In this document: positions 62,926 to 64,000 of the stretch, in pieces
Numbering within the stretch: position 1 is the first letter of the stretch
Layout: every line of letters begins with the position of its first letter
NCBI GenBank assembly: GCA_965140585.1
Contig: OZ223270.1
Span: forward strand, 1 to 64,000
From: Spirochaetia bacterium
GTDB taxonomy: Bacteria; Spirochaetota; Spirochaetia; UBA9216
Direction of reading: 5' to 3'
DNA length: 64,000 nt
Position numbers and translations under genes: made by a program
Notes under the pieces: model-generated
Told to the model about the DNA's origin: nothing
The model's input: the letters and a program-made list of their open reading frames with translations, nothing else
Databases searched by the model: none

Positions 62926-63840
62926 TTAAAGCTGCCCGAACTCCCGTTTCAGAGAAAGGTACATACCTTCACGAATCCACTTTGTAAGCGAAGCTTCGTT
63001 CACCAGGTCATAACCATGTGAAACCCTCGGCATGCTGTGCAGTTCTGTCGGCACTGCAAACTCCATCAGACGTTTTGCATAATCAATACCTTCATCACGA
63101 AGGGGATCATATTCACATGTCACAACAAATGCCGGAGGAAGTCCGTATAAATCACGAGCCAGAGCCGGCAGCGCATAATATGAGGGTGCAGAACCGTTAT
63201 AGCCGCCGAGATAGAGCTGTATCACATCAGAGAGGCCGTCTCCTTTTACCATCGGAGTTCCCTCATAAAGCATTTTTGCAGAATTCGTAACAGCTATACC
63301 GGACAGAACAGGAAAATTAAGAATCTGCATTTTTATCGCCGGACCTTTATGATCCCGAAGATACAGACACAAACCTGCGGCAAGACATCCGCCTGCACTG
63401 GTTCCGAAAACAGCAATATTATCCTTGTCGATACCGTAATGATCGGGATTTTCATAAGCGTGTTCGAGGACAGCCCGGCAGTCTTCGAGTGCGGAAGGAA
63501 AGATATGTTCAGGGGAAAGCCGATATTCAACTGATACAACAGTACAGTCCACGTTCATCGCAAATCCGGTACACCGATGATTATCGTTATCAAGATCGCC
63601 TGAAACAAACCCGCCGCCGTGAATATTTAAAAGCATTGGAGTTCTTCCAAGCCCCTTTCTTTTGTATATACGGATTTTCACATCAGGTGCGCCGTTCAGA
63701 CCGGGCACAGAGCTGTCGGTAATTTCGAGTTCTTCTGGTGCATTATAATCCCGGTACGGTGCAAGCTTTTTGAAAAGCTCGAGCTGATCTGTAGGTAAAT
63801 TAAACAGGATTTCATACCCTGGATGCGGAAATAGTTTCAT
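62926..63840 (-). CDS. HSL-family (Aes-like) esterase/lipase
   Basis: HGGGF, VEYRLSPEH.FP, GTSAGG, DPLRDEG, HGY. Start moved to MKLFPHP (GGAG RBS). Confidence 0.92.
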   Translation of the reverse strand: MKLFPHPGYEILFNLPTDQLELFKKLAPYRDYNAPEELEITDSSVPGLNGAPDVKIRIYKRKGLGRTPMLLNIHGGGFVSGDLDNDNHRCTGFAMNVDCTVVSVEYRLSPEHIFPSALEDCRAVLEHAYENPDHYGIDKDNIAVFGTSAGGCLAAGLCLYLRDHKGPAIKMQILNFPVLSGIAVTNSAKMLYEGTPMVKGDGLSDVIQLYLGGYNGSAPSYYALPALARDLYGLPPAFVVTCEYDPLRDEGIDYAKRLMEFAVPTELHSMPRVSHGYDLVNEASLTKWIREGMYLSLKREFGQL

Positions 63841-63884
63841 AACACTCAACTCCACTTCTAAAATAATTCGAGTGTACCTTTTTA

Positions 63885-63933
63885 AAATAGAAACAGAAAC
63901 AGTCGGGACCCCCCAGCCATGGTTGTCCCGACT
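63885..63933 (-). terminator. Hairpin, probable terminator of the upstream gene
   Basis: AGTCGGGAC...GTCCCGACT (63901-63933) followed on the minus strand by GTTTCTGTTTCTATTTT. Confidence 0.55.
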
Positions 63934-63952
63934 GCTTAAAATTATTAATCGA

Positions 63953-64000
63953 TTAAAGTTCAAACATACATTTTACAGTTTCTTTTGCCTTGAAATCCTT
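63953..64000 (-). CDS. Probable 3' end of a CDS entering from beyond the window
   Basis: Open frame ...KDFKAKETVKCMFEL* followed by a hairpin; too short to assign. Confidence 0.4.
   Translation of the reverse strand, partial: KDFKAKETVKCMFEL

Noticed and set aside
63841-63963. ORF-track N-terminal extension of the HSL esterase
   Set aside because: It spans a terminator-like hairpin; the RBS supports ATG 63840.

Overview
Bacterial chromosomal window, probably from a free-living spirochaete. This is an inference from the solute-binding-protein N-termini (e.g. SFAGGQGE, FSSGKSEE) and the giant FlgD-Ig-tailed protein. (1) 1-10.9 kb is a nitrogen-assimilation cluster: 5' end of a type III glutamine synthetase, PII, amtB with a consensus sigma54 promoter, a NifA-like GAF/AAA+ activator, an NrpR-like regulator and gltBD. 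Candidate operators are visible in the intergenic DNA. (2) 11-23 kb is mixed: a GmhB-Sua5 fusion, a Cache/HisKA_2 kinase, znuACB led by a Cys/His-rich ribbon-helix-helix regulator, a DUF2089 operon and an HDOD protein. (3) 23-51 kb is a putative matrix/biofilm region: a pelDEFG-like operon divergent from a PelB-like TPR/beta-strand-rich protein, three lipoproteins, galU, a GT2, and a ~4340-aa acidic repeat-rich surface protein ending in a FlgD-Ig/T9SS-CTD-like domain. (4) 51-64 kb is accessory: esterases, an M24 peptidase next to a ThiS/MoaD protein, one intact and one decayed TRAP transporter, and a transposase remnant. I saw no rRNA, tRNA or CRISPR array. All family calls come from motif recognition by eye, not database searches.
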